Assembly: GCA_002633005.1 (NCBI GenBank)
Contig: NMRA01000227.1
Span: 365,863-429,862, forward strand
DNA from: Phoronis australis
Taxonomy: Eukaryota; Animalia; Phoronida
Direction of reading: 5' to 3'
DNA length: 64,000 nucleotides
The position numbers and the translations under genes are program-made. Positions 26,655 to 38,699 of the stretch are shown here, in pieces; positions within the stretch are counted from its first letter, which is position 1, and each line of letters opens with the position of its first letter. Below the pieces are notes generated by a model. It searched no databases. It had not been told where the DNA came from and was given only the letters and a program-made list of their open reading frames with translations.

Positions 26655-26720
26655 AGGATCCGGCTGCGTGTCATCGTAATCATTACTTTCTCCCTGTAAA
26701 CACGGTAAGCACAAACCCAT
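26655..26720 (-). CDS. SVIP: SVIP exon 1
   Basis: MGLCLPCLQGESNDYDDTQPDP then donor GTAAGT. Confidence 0.92.
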
Positions 26721-26947
26721 TACTAAAGGCACTAAGTTCGCAAAATGCGAAGTAAAGTGAAGTCTCGTAAACAGGGAAATTTACGGAAACTGAATTGTTT
26801 ATACTTTATTAGTTCTTCACATGTCCGCCAGGTCTCGACTAAAGCGACATCTAGTGTATTTGTTGTAGCGATTGCTTTCTGCTTTGTGCGGAAAGCCTAC
26901 TCTAGTACTCTGTTAAACTTAAACTTTAAAGTGCTATTGGATTAGCA
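26721..26947. promoter_or_regulatory. Bidirectional promoter and 5' UTR region shared by SVIP and NADSYN1
   Basis: Divergent ATGs at 26720(-) and 26948(+), 227 bp apart. Confidence 0.75.
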
Positions 26948-27032
26948 ATGGGTCGTGCTGTCGTTTTGGCAACATGTTCGCTGAACCAATGGGCAATGGA
27001 TTTCGAAGGCAACTTGGAGAGAATTTTGCTAA
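26948..27032 (+). CDS. NADSYN1: NADSYN1 exon 1
   Basis: [28 protein letters not shown]|GTACGT. Confidence 0.95.
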
Positions 27033-28470
27033 GTACGTGGGTGTATCATTCCTAAGACAGTCCATCCTGCCGGTGGACGCGGTTGAACTCCAAGTGGTGT
27101 TGCTTTACTCTTGCTAACTTGCTGAGCGTCGTTACCGCTGCAATGTCTGCCCTAGCCTGCCAGCCAACTAGCTGTATAAAGACAAGCACGCCATTGTTAC
27201 TTGGCGAAATGTATTTCGCCAAGTATGTTGCCTTGCCATCAATTTTGTTTGTTTTTTGTTTGTTCGCACTCTACAGGTCGCATTTTTCTTCTGATTTTCA
27301 CACTCAGCCTCAAGTTCCGGAAGTCCTGGAAGCCTATTGTTTTTCGTCAAGATCGGATCCAAGATGGCGGCCATTTTGTTTTCAATTTTAGATTCAAACG
27401 CTCGTACGTAGAGGTTGTAAATTTTAGGTACACGGCTGAAAATAAGCACATATGTTGTACCGTACTTGTTCTACATTTGTGGTGAGAATCATTTATTTCC
27501 AGTGAAAGATGGCGGAAATATAGGCAATTGCGCATGCGCACCTCGATTATTCGGCAAAAAATATTTTCTCCTGTAGCTGGCACATTATAGAATCAATTTC
27601 TTTGAAATTTTCAGGTATTGGTTTTTTATGACGCGCTATTATTCAGACCTAAAAAAACGAAAGTTGCTGTCAAGATGACGGATCTGGCGCATGTTGACCC
27701 ATTTTCAGTCATGCTGGGGTGCCATTTTAAATAGGAAGTGAAAATGACATGAACTTTTGTATATGAATTCTCTAAGGCATACCCTTTTAAATGGCCTGTA
27801 ACAATTTTTTTCGTAGACTTACCGTTTTCGAGTTATCTGACTTTGAATTTCAAAAAAAATGCAAAATTTCAAATTTTCAAAAAGTTTACAGACTTTTGCA
27901 ATACTACCATGTTAGATAGAGTTTTAAATGGGCTTTGAGACGATATTTTCCATATTTTCTCTAGGACGTCTACTTTTTGAATTATTTGAGATTTTATGAT
28001 AGCGCTGTTCCTTTGTTGACCGGTCTTGCTGCACTGATGTTGATTTAGCTTCTATTGAAGAAGACAGTAGCCTATTTCTTACTGATTTCTGACATCTTTG
28101 CTAGTCATATGAATGTTATCGTGTAGTTCATAATCCCCACTATCATCATCATAATCATCACTGTCTTCGTCATCTCCATCGTCATCTTTTCGGTTAATTT
28201 CGCCAAGTGTCACTCCTCTGAGTGCTCTCATTTAAATAGTTACTAGTATGTACCAGGGATATATGTGCCCATAACAGTTAATATTCATGGTGGGGGGAGG
28301 TTATTTCTTCTTTCCCATGTCATGGTCATGGCCATTGTGTAATTGATGGAAGAGGGGAGGGAGTGGTCAAATAAACGGGTCTCTCTTCAAAATTGCTATA
28401 GACAACCAGTTTTCACTGAACAATGGCAATTGGGCAGTGNNNNNNNNNNNNNNNNNNNNNNNNNNNNNNN

Positions 28471-28547
28471 GGGTACCAGGCAGTGGGGGGTACCTGGCAG
28501 TGGGGGGTTCCAGGCAGTGGGGGGGGGTACCAGGCAGTGGGGGGTAC
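28471..28547. repeat. G-rich ~18-bp repeat next to an assembly gap (N 28440-28470)
   Basis: GGGTACCAGGCAGTGGGG. Confidence 0.85.
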
Positions 28548-29056
28548 CATAGCATATACATGCTAATGCAGTACCTGAGCAATCAGAAAAATGGGTATTG
28601 GCATACTCGAGACAGTATCAAAAACTTTCACTGACCCCTAACCCCAGTTTGCCAACATTCCCTTGCCACCACTTTTTTCCTTTCTAGTCAATGATTTACA
28701 TGATTTCATCCTTTGCCGCTACCATTTTCAGTTAGCGTCTGAGATAGACAATTTAAGACTCAGCCCCCTCATCTGCCATATAGGTGGGGGGGGGGGGCGT
28801 TGTTTAGATTTAGGAGTGTTCAACTGTTTTAATTTATGAGTGATGGAATCAAATATATCTTCTTAAGGAATTAAGAAACGATACATAAAGCTATCTTGGT
28901 GACTTGATATGCAGAGATTTAACAATTTTAGTTTAGCTGAGTTCTCTCAGAATTGTTCCTCACTGTTTAAGTGATTTTGTTTTCAGTTAGAAAAGTGTGT
29001 TTGTTCTGATCATCTTTGTGAGTTTCTTGGTCATTTTTTCTGTTTAATTGTTTCAG

Positions 29057-29117
29057 GCATTGAGGAAGCTAAGAGAAAGGGGGCAAAGTACAGACTGGGT
29101 CCAGAACTTGAACTGTG
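29057..29117 (+). CDS. NADSYN1: NADSYN1 exon 2
   Basis: IEEAKRKGAKYRLGPELEL. Confidence 0.95.
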
Positions 29118-29808
29118 GTAACTTTTGTAGTTGAGCTGAAAATAGCAACTAAAATTTTCCATTTCACTACAGATTATGCTATGTGTCGAATGTTAACAAA
29201 CAAGCTGGCCATTGGCATTTGAAAACAAAATTAACCTTACCTGGATAACGACTTGATCCAAGTTAAACACCAGGGGAGTTGCCATCATATCAGGTTCTTT
29301 ATACACAAGAGTTAAATAAGACATTGGGGTACACTGTTTAAAGTGTTAGTCAAGTGTAAGCTAAATGTTTGTGCTGAGGGGAACTGAAATTTTGAGTAAA
29401 ATGACATTCATAAAAACATATGCTTAATTTGAGAAAATACCGTAGACATACCATAGACATGCTGTAGACGTTGGAGTGAGTGTAACCATGTTTTGATCAA
29501 AGGTAGTAATGCACATGGCAGGAGATGAACAGGTATTTATTGGTTTCATTCACGTAAGGCAGGATAAAGTTTCTTTTTTACAAACTGAACACTACCACTT
29601 TTGATACACTGCTTTGTTTTCTTTTAAAAAATCAACAAATGTTAAAATGAACGCCTTTGGGTACTCTTTTCTGTCAACGATATCCTGACTTCTTGTGAGC
29701 AGTCTTATGTTAGTTTTGAAATGAGAACCATGATCTTTTGCACATGTATTAGTAAGATGACTGTGGACAAGTGGTGCAGGTAAGACTTGTTTGTAAATCT
29801 GTTTCCAG

Positions 29809-29925
29809 TGGCTACGGCTGCCAGGACCACTTCATGGAAAGCGACACCTTTCTACATTCATTTGAAGTGTTGGCTAGTCTGCTCAAGTCTCCTGTATGTA
29901 AGGATATATTGGTAGATGTTGGCAT
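29809..29925 (+). CDS. NADSYN1: NADSYN1 exon 3
   Basis: [38 protein letters not shown]. Confidence 0.95.
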
Positions 29926-31217
29926 GTAAGTAAACTATGAACTGTCTTCTATATTAACATTGATTTCAGGTATGTTCAGTTGACCTATTATTACCAGCTG
30001 TCAGTCATTGATTAATTGACCATTTGCCAACCGGTCAGTTGAAAGAGTATTACACCCATGTCTCGGTTTTGTTTCGTAGCTTTTGTTAATGTTCTTTACT
30101 TAATATCAAGTTTCCTGTAGAAGCTGAGCATTGAGTCACTAGGAATGATTATAATTTAGCCGAACTACTAAAATACAATGAAACTATTACAATATAGTGA
30201 AGACACAATTGCACTATAATGCCCATTTTTGGGCTTGTCATATGGAATGACCAGAGCAACTGAATGTGATTACAGGTCTGTGCGAAAATAGTTTGGTCTT
30301 CAAATGGATACATCTGAATCGTGTTATTTATCTATTTCATTGTCTTTTTCAAAGGCGACCACATATTTTTGATGAAAAATCAATAAAACATCATTTCCTT
30401 CAGGAAATTGAATGTAATTTCTCTGTGGACTTTGATAAATACTACTAATGATAAATATGACTAATTTACACGATTTGATTTCATGAGCAGTATGGAATGC
30501 TATTGATGACTTGATGTAGGTCGTCAATGAAACCTCAGATTTTGTTTGGCGACTTCGTAAAGTTTCACAAATTTGCCATGTACACATCCAAGCATGCTCT
30601 CAAAATACTACAGGAAGTAAACAGACAGGACTCAGAATTGTTCTGCAAAAATTGGAGGGGCACATTTGTGACTCATGCACAGATAACACGTCCTTGTGAT
30701 ATTTGCCTTTTCTCTTAGGCATTCGGAGTTGGTGAGCCTGTGTGGGAAATTGGATTTTAACGAGCTTGCATTCTACAAAAAAGGCTCTGGGGCCATCCGT
30801 AGTACTCCGGCAGACATTTGCTCAGTCTGCCAGTTTTTCTTGTTAGTTTCAGTTTAGGCCGCTGCCAAAGTGCTTGGCTTGTGGAGTACAGGACTTTCGC
30901 AACCCCAAATACAGGATTTCATTGTTTTGGTGACCTCATTTCCTGTTTTGCCGACCCGGGAATTTTGCCAAGTCACATTTGACAAGTAGATGTTATGTTA
31001 AGTGTCGAACCCTGTAATGATTCTAGCAATATGCATTCCATGGGAGGGGAACTTCTTTGATAAATGGCAGATGTAAACAATGACTTTACCCAGTCAGCTC
31101 TCTAATATAAAACAATGCTTTGTAATGCTGGTTGACCCTCAGAAGTTTGGAGAAAGTTTGATAGCTACATACTAATACATTATATGCGAGTTACGCCACT
31201 GTGGGGATGGTCTACGT

Positions 31218-31434
31218 ACCAACACTATCATAGGAACCATTAGTTGAATACTGTGTTTATCACTGAAGACACCAACACTATCATAGGAACCATTAGTTGA
31301 ATACTGTGTTTATCACTGAAGACACCAACACTATCATAGGAACCATTAGTTGAATACTGTGTTTATCACTGAAGACACCAACACTATCATAGGAACCATT
31401 AGTTGAATACTGTGTTTATCACTGAAGACACCAA
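31218..31434. repeat. 53-bp minisatellite x4
   Basis: ACCAACACTATCATAGGAACCATTAGTTGAATACTGTGTTTATCACTGAAGAC. Confidence 0.92.
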
Positions 31435-31779
31435 TGGTGGATAAGCATTGGACAGACCAAGGATTGGCTGAAATTATCAAAACATAGGTTCATAGTTCAA
31501 AACCAGACTTAGTGTCCTCTTAAGTAGTTGACTGCATAACTTCTTGGTTGGCATTAAATGAATTATTGTATTTGATACTGCATAATTTTTGTTGTTTTAA
31601 CAAAGGGTTGGAAATTTGTTGCTTCTGTTTTTTAAAATTCCTATTGGATGTTATTTTTTATGCACTGCAGTATCCTTAAGTCAGACACAAGATGCTCCTC
31701 AAGTTTAGTTTTAACTACAGTATGTCTCATCATGTTTATAGTGCCTGTGTCATGACCATTGATCTCTAACCTGTTACAG

Positions 31780-31833
31780 GCCAGTGAGGCACAAAAACGT
31801 CCCCTACAACTGCCGGGTGTTCTTCCTCAACAG
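31780..31833 (+). CDS. NADSYN1: NADSYN1 exon 4
   Basis: PVRHKNVPYNCRVFFLN. Confidence 0.93.
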
Positions 31834-32257
31834 GTAAGACTGTATATAGTGTTTACTAATTTAGTCCACTGTCTGTCAATACCCGTTATGACCAAACTTA
31901 CCTGCACCTATAGTCCACATTGTTTGGGATGCAGAATGTTCCTTTATTGCATATTATAACATGGATATGGTAAAGCTTCTTTTATTTTGAATCCCCCTAA
32001 ACACTCTTGATGTCGAATGATGAAAGTTTGTTCCTTTCCAAACAAATCATTTGTTGATAAAAGCCATGATTTTTATTTACATTGTAAGTGAATATCAGAA
32101 CCAAAAAACTTCTATCGGTGGAACATGCAATCTGTGACATTGGTGAAGATTTTTTTGTGATTTGTAAAAAGTAAACAATTTGCAAGTTTGAATATAGAAG
32201 CTCTTGCAAGTTTCTTTTCAGTTGAGTATCTCATGAGTGTGGTTTTCATTTGAGTTT

Positions 32258-32399
32258 GTTATGAGTGTGGTTTTCAGCCTCACCACTAGAGTATGTTATG
32301 AGTGTAGTTTTCAGCCTCACCACTAGAGTATGTTATGAGTGTGGTTTTCAGCCTCACCACTAGAGTATGTTATGAGTGTGGTTTTCAGCCTCACCACTA
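32258..32399. repeat. 37-bp minisatellite, about 4 copies
   Basis: GTTATGAGTGTGGTTTTCAGCCTCACCACTAGAGTAT. Confidence 0.9.
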
Positions 32400-32494
32400 T
32401 GCCAGTAGAACATGAAGAGGAATCAAACTTACAGCCATAATATTGCCACATTATTTAAGGTGCTTACCATCATCCTATTCCACACTCATCTTGA

Positions 32495-32996
32495 TGATAT
32501 TTGGATATTGCCTCAGACCATGCACATCAACTTAGAGGATATCCGGTTATTGCCTCAGACCATGCACATCAACTTAGAGGATATCCGGATATTGCCTCAG
32601 ACCATGCACATCAACTTAGAGGATATCCGGATATTGCCTCAGACCATGCACATCAACTTAGAGGATATCCGGATATTGCCTCAGACCATGCACATCAACT
32701 TAGAGGATATCCGGATATTGCCTCAGACCATGCACATCAACTTAGAGGATATCCGGATATTGCCTCAGACCATGCACATCAACTTAGAGGATATCCGGAT
32801 ATTGCCTCAGACCATGCACATCAACTTAGAGGATATCCGGATATTGCCTCAGACCATGCACATCAACTTAGAGGATATCCGGATATTGCCTCAGACCATG
32901 CACATCAACTTAGAGGATATCCGGATATTGCCTCAGACCATGCACATCAACTTAGAGGATATCCGGATATTGCCTCAGACCACGCACATCAACTTA
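32495..32996. repeat. 42-bp minisatellite, about 12 copies
   Basis: GATATTGCCTCAGACCATGCACATCAACTTAGAGGATATCCG. Confidence 0.95.
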
Positions 32997-33134
32997 ACTG
33001 GTGATGGTGAGTTAGTCTCTGCCAACGCAGTAGTACAGCACTCATGGGACTTCTAGGCATTTTAGTGTGCCCAATTTCAATTCAAGCACAGGATAGGAAC
33101 ATGATGATGTTGATTTGGAAAAAGTTGTTGTGCA

Positions 33135-33314
33135 TGTGTGAAGAAAGTTGTAATAGAGGTGTGAAGACAGTTGTAATGGAGGTGTGAAGACAGTTGTAAT
33201 GGAGGTGTGAAGACAGTTGTAATGGAGGTGTGAAGACAGTTGTAATGGAGGTGTGAAGACAGTTGTAATGGAGGTGTGAAGACAGTTGTAATGGAGGTGT
33301 GAAGACAGTTGTAA
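33135..33314. repeat. 23-bp minisatellite, about 7 copies
   Basis: GTGTGAAGACAGTTGTAATGGAG. Confidence 0.92.
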
Positions 33315-33424
33315 CACTCCTATGAAGAAAGTTGTTATTGACAACAGAACACTGTTTATAGCTACATTACATTATGTGGTAATATCATGGTAACACAGAC
33401 TTTCACATGGGAGAATCAACTTTA

Positions 33425-33539
33425 GATTGAGGATAGAGGACCATGCTGGATATTAGCCTTTGGCTAAAGCATGTTTTACATTTATTGTATTTTTATCCTC
33501 TTTAAATAAAGTTTACTATTATTATTATCATTATTATTG
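33425..33539 (+). mobile_element. Short LINE 3'-tail fragment
   Basis: GAGGA..stem..TCCTC, AATAAA, (ATT)n tail. Confidence 0.45.
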
Positions 33540-33654
33540 ATGCAATAACCAGATTACATAAACCCCCGGGCCTACTTATCACTGCGAGTATAGCCTGAGG
33601 GGGCACGTGTTAATTATCAATATTTATACACTCACATATACATATGAATTGTAG

Positions 33655-33796
33655 CAAAATTCTGCTGATTCGACCCAAGATGATGCTGGCCAATGATGGC
33701 AACTATCGAGAGACTCGCTGGTTCACAGCTTGGACCAAACCTAAACAAACTGAGGAGTACCACCTACCTCGTATAATTCAGCAAATTACGGGACAG
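33655..33796 (+). CDS. NADSYN1: NADSYN1 exon 5
   Basis: [47 protein letters not shown]. Confidence 0.95.
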
Positions 33797-34236
33797 GTGA
33801 CATTAATTGTTGATACTCTTAAACGTTCTAAAATGGTTTTAAAAATACAGTTATCTATTAAATAACATAAGTGGTAAATGAATAATAATTGCTATACCTT
33901 TAAATAAGATAACATTTAGCTAGGTACGATTTATTACAAAATGGTAATAAGGATAATTGTCATAACATTAATTATAGAGCTGTAATTCCAAATTTTTGTT
34001 CATTCAGTCAGTGCAGGTTTTCTTCCTCAAGGTGCTGTGAGCTAATACCATAATTGTCCATCAGTGTGTTATGTGACTTTGTTGCTATTCAGAAGATACT
34101 GAACTAGGTTCCTGTGGGTATATTAAATGACAAAATCGTGCATTGTATAAATCAGTGGGGGGTTGGGGTATTATCCTAGTATGTGGCTCAATGCAAAGGT
34201 TGGTTTACTGTTCAAACAATACTACATTTTAACTGA

Positions 34237-35054
34237 GGTCTGTTCCAGTAAAATCCGTGTGTGAGGGGGGGGACAGCAGTAGAAATAAAAATTCATGGGT
34301 GGTGGTCTTCAGAAAAAAAACTCAAATTATGGGTGGTCGTTCCTGTAAGAAGTGATGCATTAAAAATGGGTGGTATTTTTTGACCTGCTAATGTTGACAG
34401 GTTGGTTACTTTAGCTGTCAAAACTCAAAAAAAATGCAATTGGCACATATCCTGGCATATATCCTAATTTATCCCAATACAAAAAAACCCATATTGCCAG
34501 TGAACAGAGTGCATTATGTTCACTAAGCCATTAATCAAGTCATGGGCAACTTGATTTGAGCCAACTTTTTGTCTACAGTCCTATTGAATTGAAAAGTTAT
34601 GCAACTGGTGTTAACACATATAGGAAAATTGATGATTTTTAAATAAAAAGTATGAGGAGTAAGATAAACAAGTTCCAGTATTCACTTGTCATAGAAGTAT
34701 AAAAGAGTTCGTGGAGAGAGTTTGAGATATACATAGATCCTTATAATTGAAAAAATGTTCATTGAAATTATAGACACATGGTGAACAGAGACACCTGGTG
34801 GCTGCCAAAAGTATTGCTCACAGGCTACTTTAGTTTTTGACAATATTGGACAAGACAACTAGTTCTTGTCTGTCAATCATCTAAGTTCTTAACAGGTCCT
34901 CCTGGAGGCAATTTGTTTGCAAGTTTTGGATTTTATATTTTAACTTATTAAAAATAATTAAAAAAATTATGGTTCATGGGTTGGAAAAATAAATGAAAAA
35001 TATGGGCGGTGGGTGCCTTCCCACCCTCCCATACAGATTTTGCTGGAACAGCCC
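34237..35054. mobile_element. About 0.8 kb MITE (PIF/Harbinger-like)
   Basis: About 30-bp imperfect TIR GGTCTGTTCCAGTAAAATCCGTGTGTGAGGG / CCCTCCCATACAGATTTTGCTGGAACAGCCC; flanks TGA/TGG. Confidence 0.65.
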
Positions 35055-35119
35055 TGGTCTGATTGATTAATGAGTTGTCTATAATGTGTACCATCAAGTT
35101 TTATGTTAAACTATTTCAG

Positions 35120-35208
35120 AGAACAGTACCATTTGGTGATGCTGTCATAGCTACATTAGACACCTGTATAGCGAGTGAAATTTGTGAAGAGTTATGGAAT
35201 CCAAAAAG
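35120..35208 (+). CDS. NADSYN1: NADSYN1 exon 6
   Basis: [29 protein letters not shown]. Confidence 0.95.
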
Positions 35209-35878
35209 GTTACTGTTTAAACTGTTTTCTCAAACCCGATGTGAGCAATGAGTGAATCCATCAATATTATGTTTTTGACCTTATGGTTAATCTGGTTATG
35301 AAGTGCGAATAAGTCACAGTCTCCACAACACTACAGACAGAACTTACAGGGGGAGGAATGTAGTGGATGTATTCGCTGTGTCATTAATGTGCTGATTAGT
35401 TGAGCAAGTAGTTGATTTTTTCACAAAATTTGTTTTAAAAGACAAGACATTTGATAACATTAAAAATGAGGGTCATAGTCAAATTCCTAGTTTCACCCAA
35501 GTCTACAAACACCTTATTTTGCTTCTTCTCGAAAAAGCATGAAATCACTCTCAATTAGTATAGTTGTGATACATAAGTCCATTTAGAATGTACTCTGAAG
35601 TAACATTGGTTCTTAAGTCTGTGAAAAATGGTTGCTGCATTTTTGTAAGTTGTAGTCATTGTGTACTCTTTTTAAGTCTAACCAATAACCTTTCATACTT
35701 TGGGCTTCTTGTTATAATTCTTCAAACTCATCTGTGGTGTCTGTAATGTTCTTTCCTTTCTTTCAGTAATGTGCATACAAAATGAGGGCAGTGAGTTTCA
35801 TGAACCATGTAAAATCACAAATAGTTGTAACAAAGAGAGTGAACAGTGACCCTTGTTTTGTTTTTAATGCCTTTATAG

Positions 35879-35996
35879 CCGACACATTGACTTGGCGCTT
35901 GATGGTGTAGAGATAATCACCAACGGAAGTGGCAGCCATCATGAACTGCGAAAGGCTAACCTACGCACAGATATCGTCAAGTCAGCAACCTCAAAG
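35879..35996 (+). CDS. NADSYN1: NADSYN1 exon 7 (GC donor)
   Basis: [39 protein letters not shown]|GCAAGT. Confidence 0.9.
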
Positions 35997-36562
35997 GCAA
36001 GTGTGTTCAGTTACGGTTATGACGTTGTCTTGTGTAAGATAATAGTGAAAGCCTTTCACCTAGCGGGGAGATGGGAAACCTCTTATACCTCTCCTGGTGA
36101 ATATGAAATATGTGTAGGTAAGGAGGTGAGTTCAGATCTAGCAAAAATTGTTGGATTATCTGAGTATATTGTAGAGGCTTCTTCAAATTTATCCAAATAA
36201 ACTATTTTAAAACAATTGTGGCAGGCAATTGTTACACTGAAATTGCAGATGTTTAGATTTGCATTGATTACTCCAGATTTTGGCTCAACATATCATAATT
36301 TGTGTCCTGCCTTCAACTCAAATGGGTCAAATTGACTTGTTTAGCTTGTGTTAAACAATTTAAATAATTATTCAGTTTACTTATCTTTCTACTCTCAGTA
36401 GAGGAAAGCCTTCAATTCTTTGTTCGTCAACTAGACTTGGGCTGTGAATGCCTTGCCCTGGGTGGCCAGTGAATGTTTCCTAAGAATAGTGCAAGCGTGT
36501 ACCTGTGAATATTAACTGTTTTACTGAAAGTTAACTCTGTGGTAAATGCCTTTATTCTTCAG

Positions 36563-36694
36563 AGTGGTGGAATCTACATGATGGCTAACCAGTGTGGCTG
36601 TGATGGTGATCGACTGTACTTTGATGGCTGTGCCAGTATAGCCATCAATGGTGACATAGTCGTGCATGGCTCCCAGTTCACCATCAAAGATGTG
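36563..36694 (+). CDS. NADSYN1: NADSYN1 exon 8
   Basis: [44 protein letters not shown]. Confidence 0.94.
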
Positions 36695-36846
36695 GTGGGT
36701 ATCATGGGCCTTTGGTGGGTATCATTAGGCTTTTGGTGGGTGTCATGAGCCTTTGGTGGGTATCATTGGGCTTTTGGTGGGTGTCATGGGCCTTTGGTGG
36801 GTATTGTGGGCCTTTGACGGATATCGTGGGTCTTTGGTGGGTATCG
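36693..36846. repeat. About 21-bp repeat starting at the exon 8 donor
   Basis: TGGTGGGTATCATGGGCCTT, about 7 copies. Confidence 0.85.
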
Positions 36847-37189
36847 TGTGCTTGTCTTGACAGGTGTGATAGTTTGGGAACTGTTCAAAGTGTTGGCTTG
36901 AGGCAGTTGAAGTAGAGTTGGTTTTTTCATAGCTTGTAAAATTAAGATAATGCAATTAATTTGAAAAGTACTCTATGCTTATATGAAGATAAATTTTCGA
37001 GAGACATTCTTTTTTAGTTTTCAGCTTGAGCACATGTAACACAAATCATTAGTCTGGAGACATTCTGTAAAGTTTGCTGTTCTATCCACCAAAGGATTTC
37101 CAGCACCATCCTCATTGTGAAATGATGTCAAGTGGCTGCAGTGTTTGAAAATGAGGTAGTAACAAAATGTTGGTGGCTTATTCATCCAG

Positions 37190-37389
37190 GAAGTCATCAC
37201 AGCCGCGTTAGACCTAGAAGATGTACGGTCGTACCGCTCCAACTCTGTGAGTCGACGCAATATAGCTGGAAGTGAAACAGTGGAATTCCAACGCATTTGT
37301 GTGGATTTTGCTCTGACCACAGAAGACGCATTCATATCATTTTCTTCACCTATTGAATGGAAGTTTCACACCCCCGAGGAAGAGATTGC
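37190..37389 (+). CDS. NADSYN1: NADSYN1 exon 9
   Basis: EVITAALDLEDVRSYR...IEWKFHTPEEEI. Confidence 0.95.
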
Positions 37390-38069
37390 GTAAGTATTTT
37401 TCTTTTTCTAAGAGACTTCTGGCTGAACGAAAAGTGTTACTCAAAAGCACGGATTGTTATTTAATATGTACATCTGATGTTTACAGAGTGACTGCAGAGG
37501 AGTCAATGTCTACTGCACTTTCTATTTACAGTTCTCTTAAGTGATATTTTGTTAGCAGGAATGAGCATTGTGTACAGTCTATCAGTAGTCAAGTTTGTGT
37601 CATGTTTGGTACGTTTCATTGAAATCATCTTTGAAGTGCTACATTCTGTTTAGGTTGAGCAATACCTTATGGACAAGTCTACACATTTAGCCAAATGTCT
37701 ACAAAACTTGATTTTAACTCAGTAAAAGAATATATTATTTTTCTGAAAGTAGAAAGTCCATACAATTCGATCTTTGGCATTTTACCAATCTGCCATCTTT
37801 TGCATCACATGACCATGTCTTTTTAGAAAAATGTAACACAACAGAAAGGTACATTGACAAGCCATCGGTATCAGTAACATAATAAAATTTTATTTGATTT
37901 AAATGTTCAAGGTGATTAAGTTTTCTTAACTCATTTCATCTATCTTAGTCCAATTTTCACCATCCTTCGTCATTTATTTATTTTCTGAATTCAGCACCTG
38001 TTTTAGATGCAGTTGTATCTTTGTTACATGTATTTAATTATTGTTTTACTAACTTTATTGTATTATTGT

Positions 38070-38153
38070 TGTTGAGGGTCCTCTTGGAAAGCAGTGCTGT
38101 CACTGAAGAGGCCACCCTCATTTTAAATATCACAATAAATAAAATAAATAAAT
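38070..38153 (+). mobile_element. LINE 3'-tail fragment related to the tail at 47230-47310
   Basis: GAGGG..GAAAGCAGTG..ACTGA..ACCCTCATT..AAATAT + (AATA)n; closely similar to the reverse complement of 47230-47310. Confidence 0.6.
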
Positions 38154-38547
38154 ATGGAACGCCAGATGTTTGGCATGAAAATCGTAAAAGTCCCTCATGC
38201 CAAAGTGTAACTTTAAAAAAAAAATTAAAAATTTGTATCTGAAAGTTTCATATATGAATCTGATCAGCAATTTCTGAGATATGTCTCGTAGTTAGCCAAA
38301 TTTGGACGTTTTTCCAGGGTCCTAACCTGATCTTGACACACTACAGTAGCAGTTTATTTCACATCACAATTATACAGGAAGATTATTTGTTACCGCTGTG
38401 GTTGATGACAAAGTTACAGAGGTATTACACAATGAGTTAGGAATTGGCTGGACATGTGGACCTGAGTTATTGTTTTTTCAACTCTTTTTGTACTCAATGT
38501 TCAGATATTGTTTATCATAGATGACCTTTTATTTCTGATTATTATAG

Positions 38548-38699
38548 TCTTGGTCCTGCATTGTGGTTATGGGACTATCTCCGTCGAAGTGGTCAGGGTG
38601 GTTACTTCTTACCTCTGAGTGGAGGTATAGACAGTTCTAGTACAGCATGTATTGTGTCGTCTATGTGTCATCTTGTCTGTGATGGTGTGAGTGCTGGAG
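38548..38699 (+). CDS. NADSYN1: NADSYN1 exon 10
   Basis: [50 protein letters not shown]. Confidence 0.95.

Larger units (their letters stand above)
18340..26720 (-). other. SVIP: SVIP (small VCP/p97-interacting protein) gene model, 3 coding exons, 81 aa
   Basis: complement(join(18340-18354,19484-19648,26655-26720)): MGLCLPCLQGESNDYDDTQPDP|ETRRKQQAEAALKRQHEDEARGLKDPVGVKLKQQRMEELERRAEQQPNQGGEGLR|WQVG*. MG-x-C-x-x-C acylation N-terminus, VIM motif Rx5AAx2R, GLRWxV end. Confidence 0.93.

Noticed and set aside
30718-31012. Possible hAT MITE
   Set aside because: Terminal similarity is too weak and there is no TSD.
32412-33056. 214-aa ORF of LPQTMHINLEDIRI repeats (and similar ORFs at 7476-7947, 18279-18854, 40815-41226, 44827-45172, 57954-58560)
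   Set aside because: These are by-products of stop-free minisatellites, open in several frames, with no splice or homology support.
31218-33314. Regular repeats resembling a CRISPR array
   Set aside because: The units are head-to-tail with no unique spacers, there are no cas genes, and the context is a eukaryotic intron.
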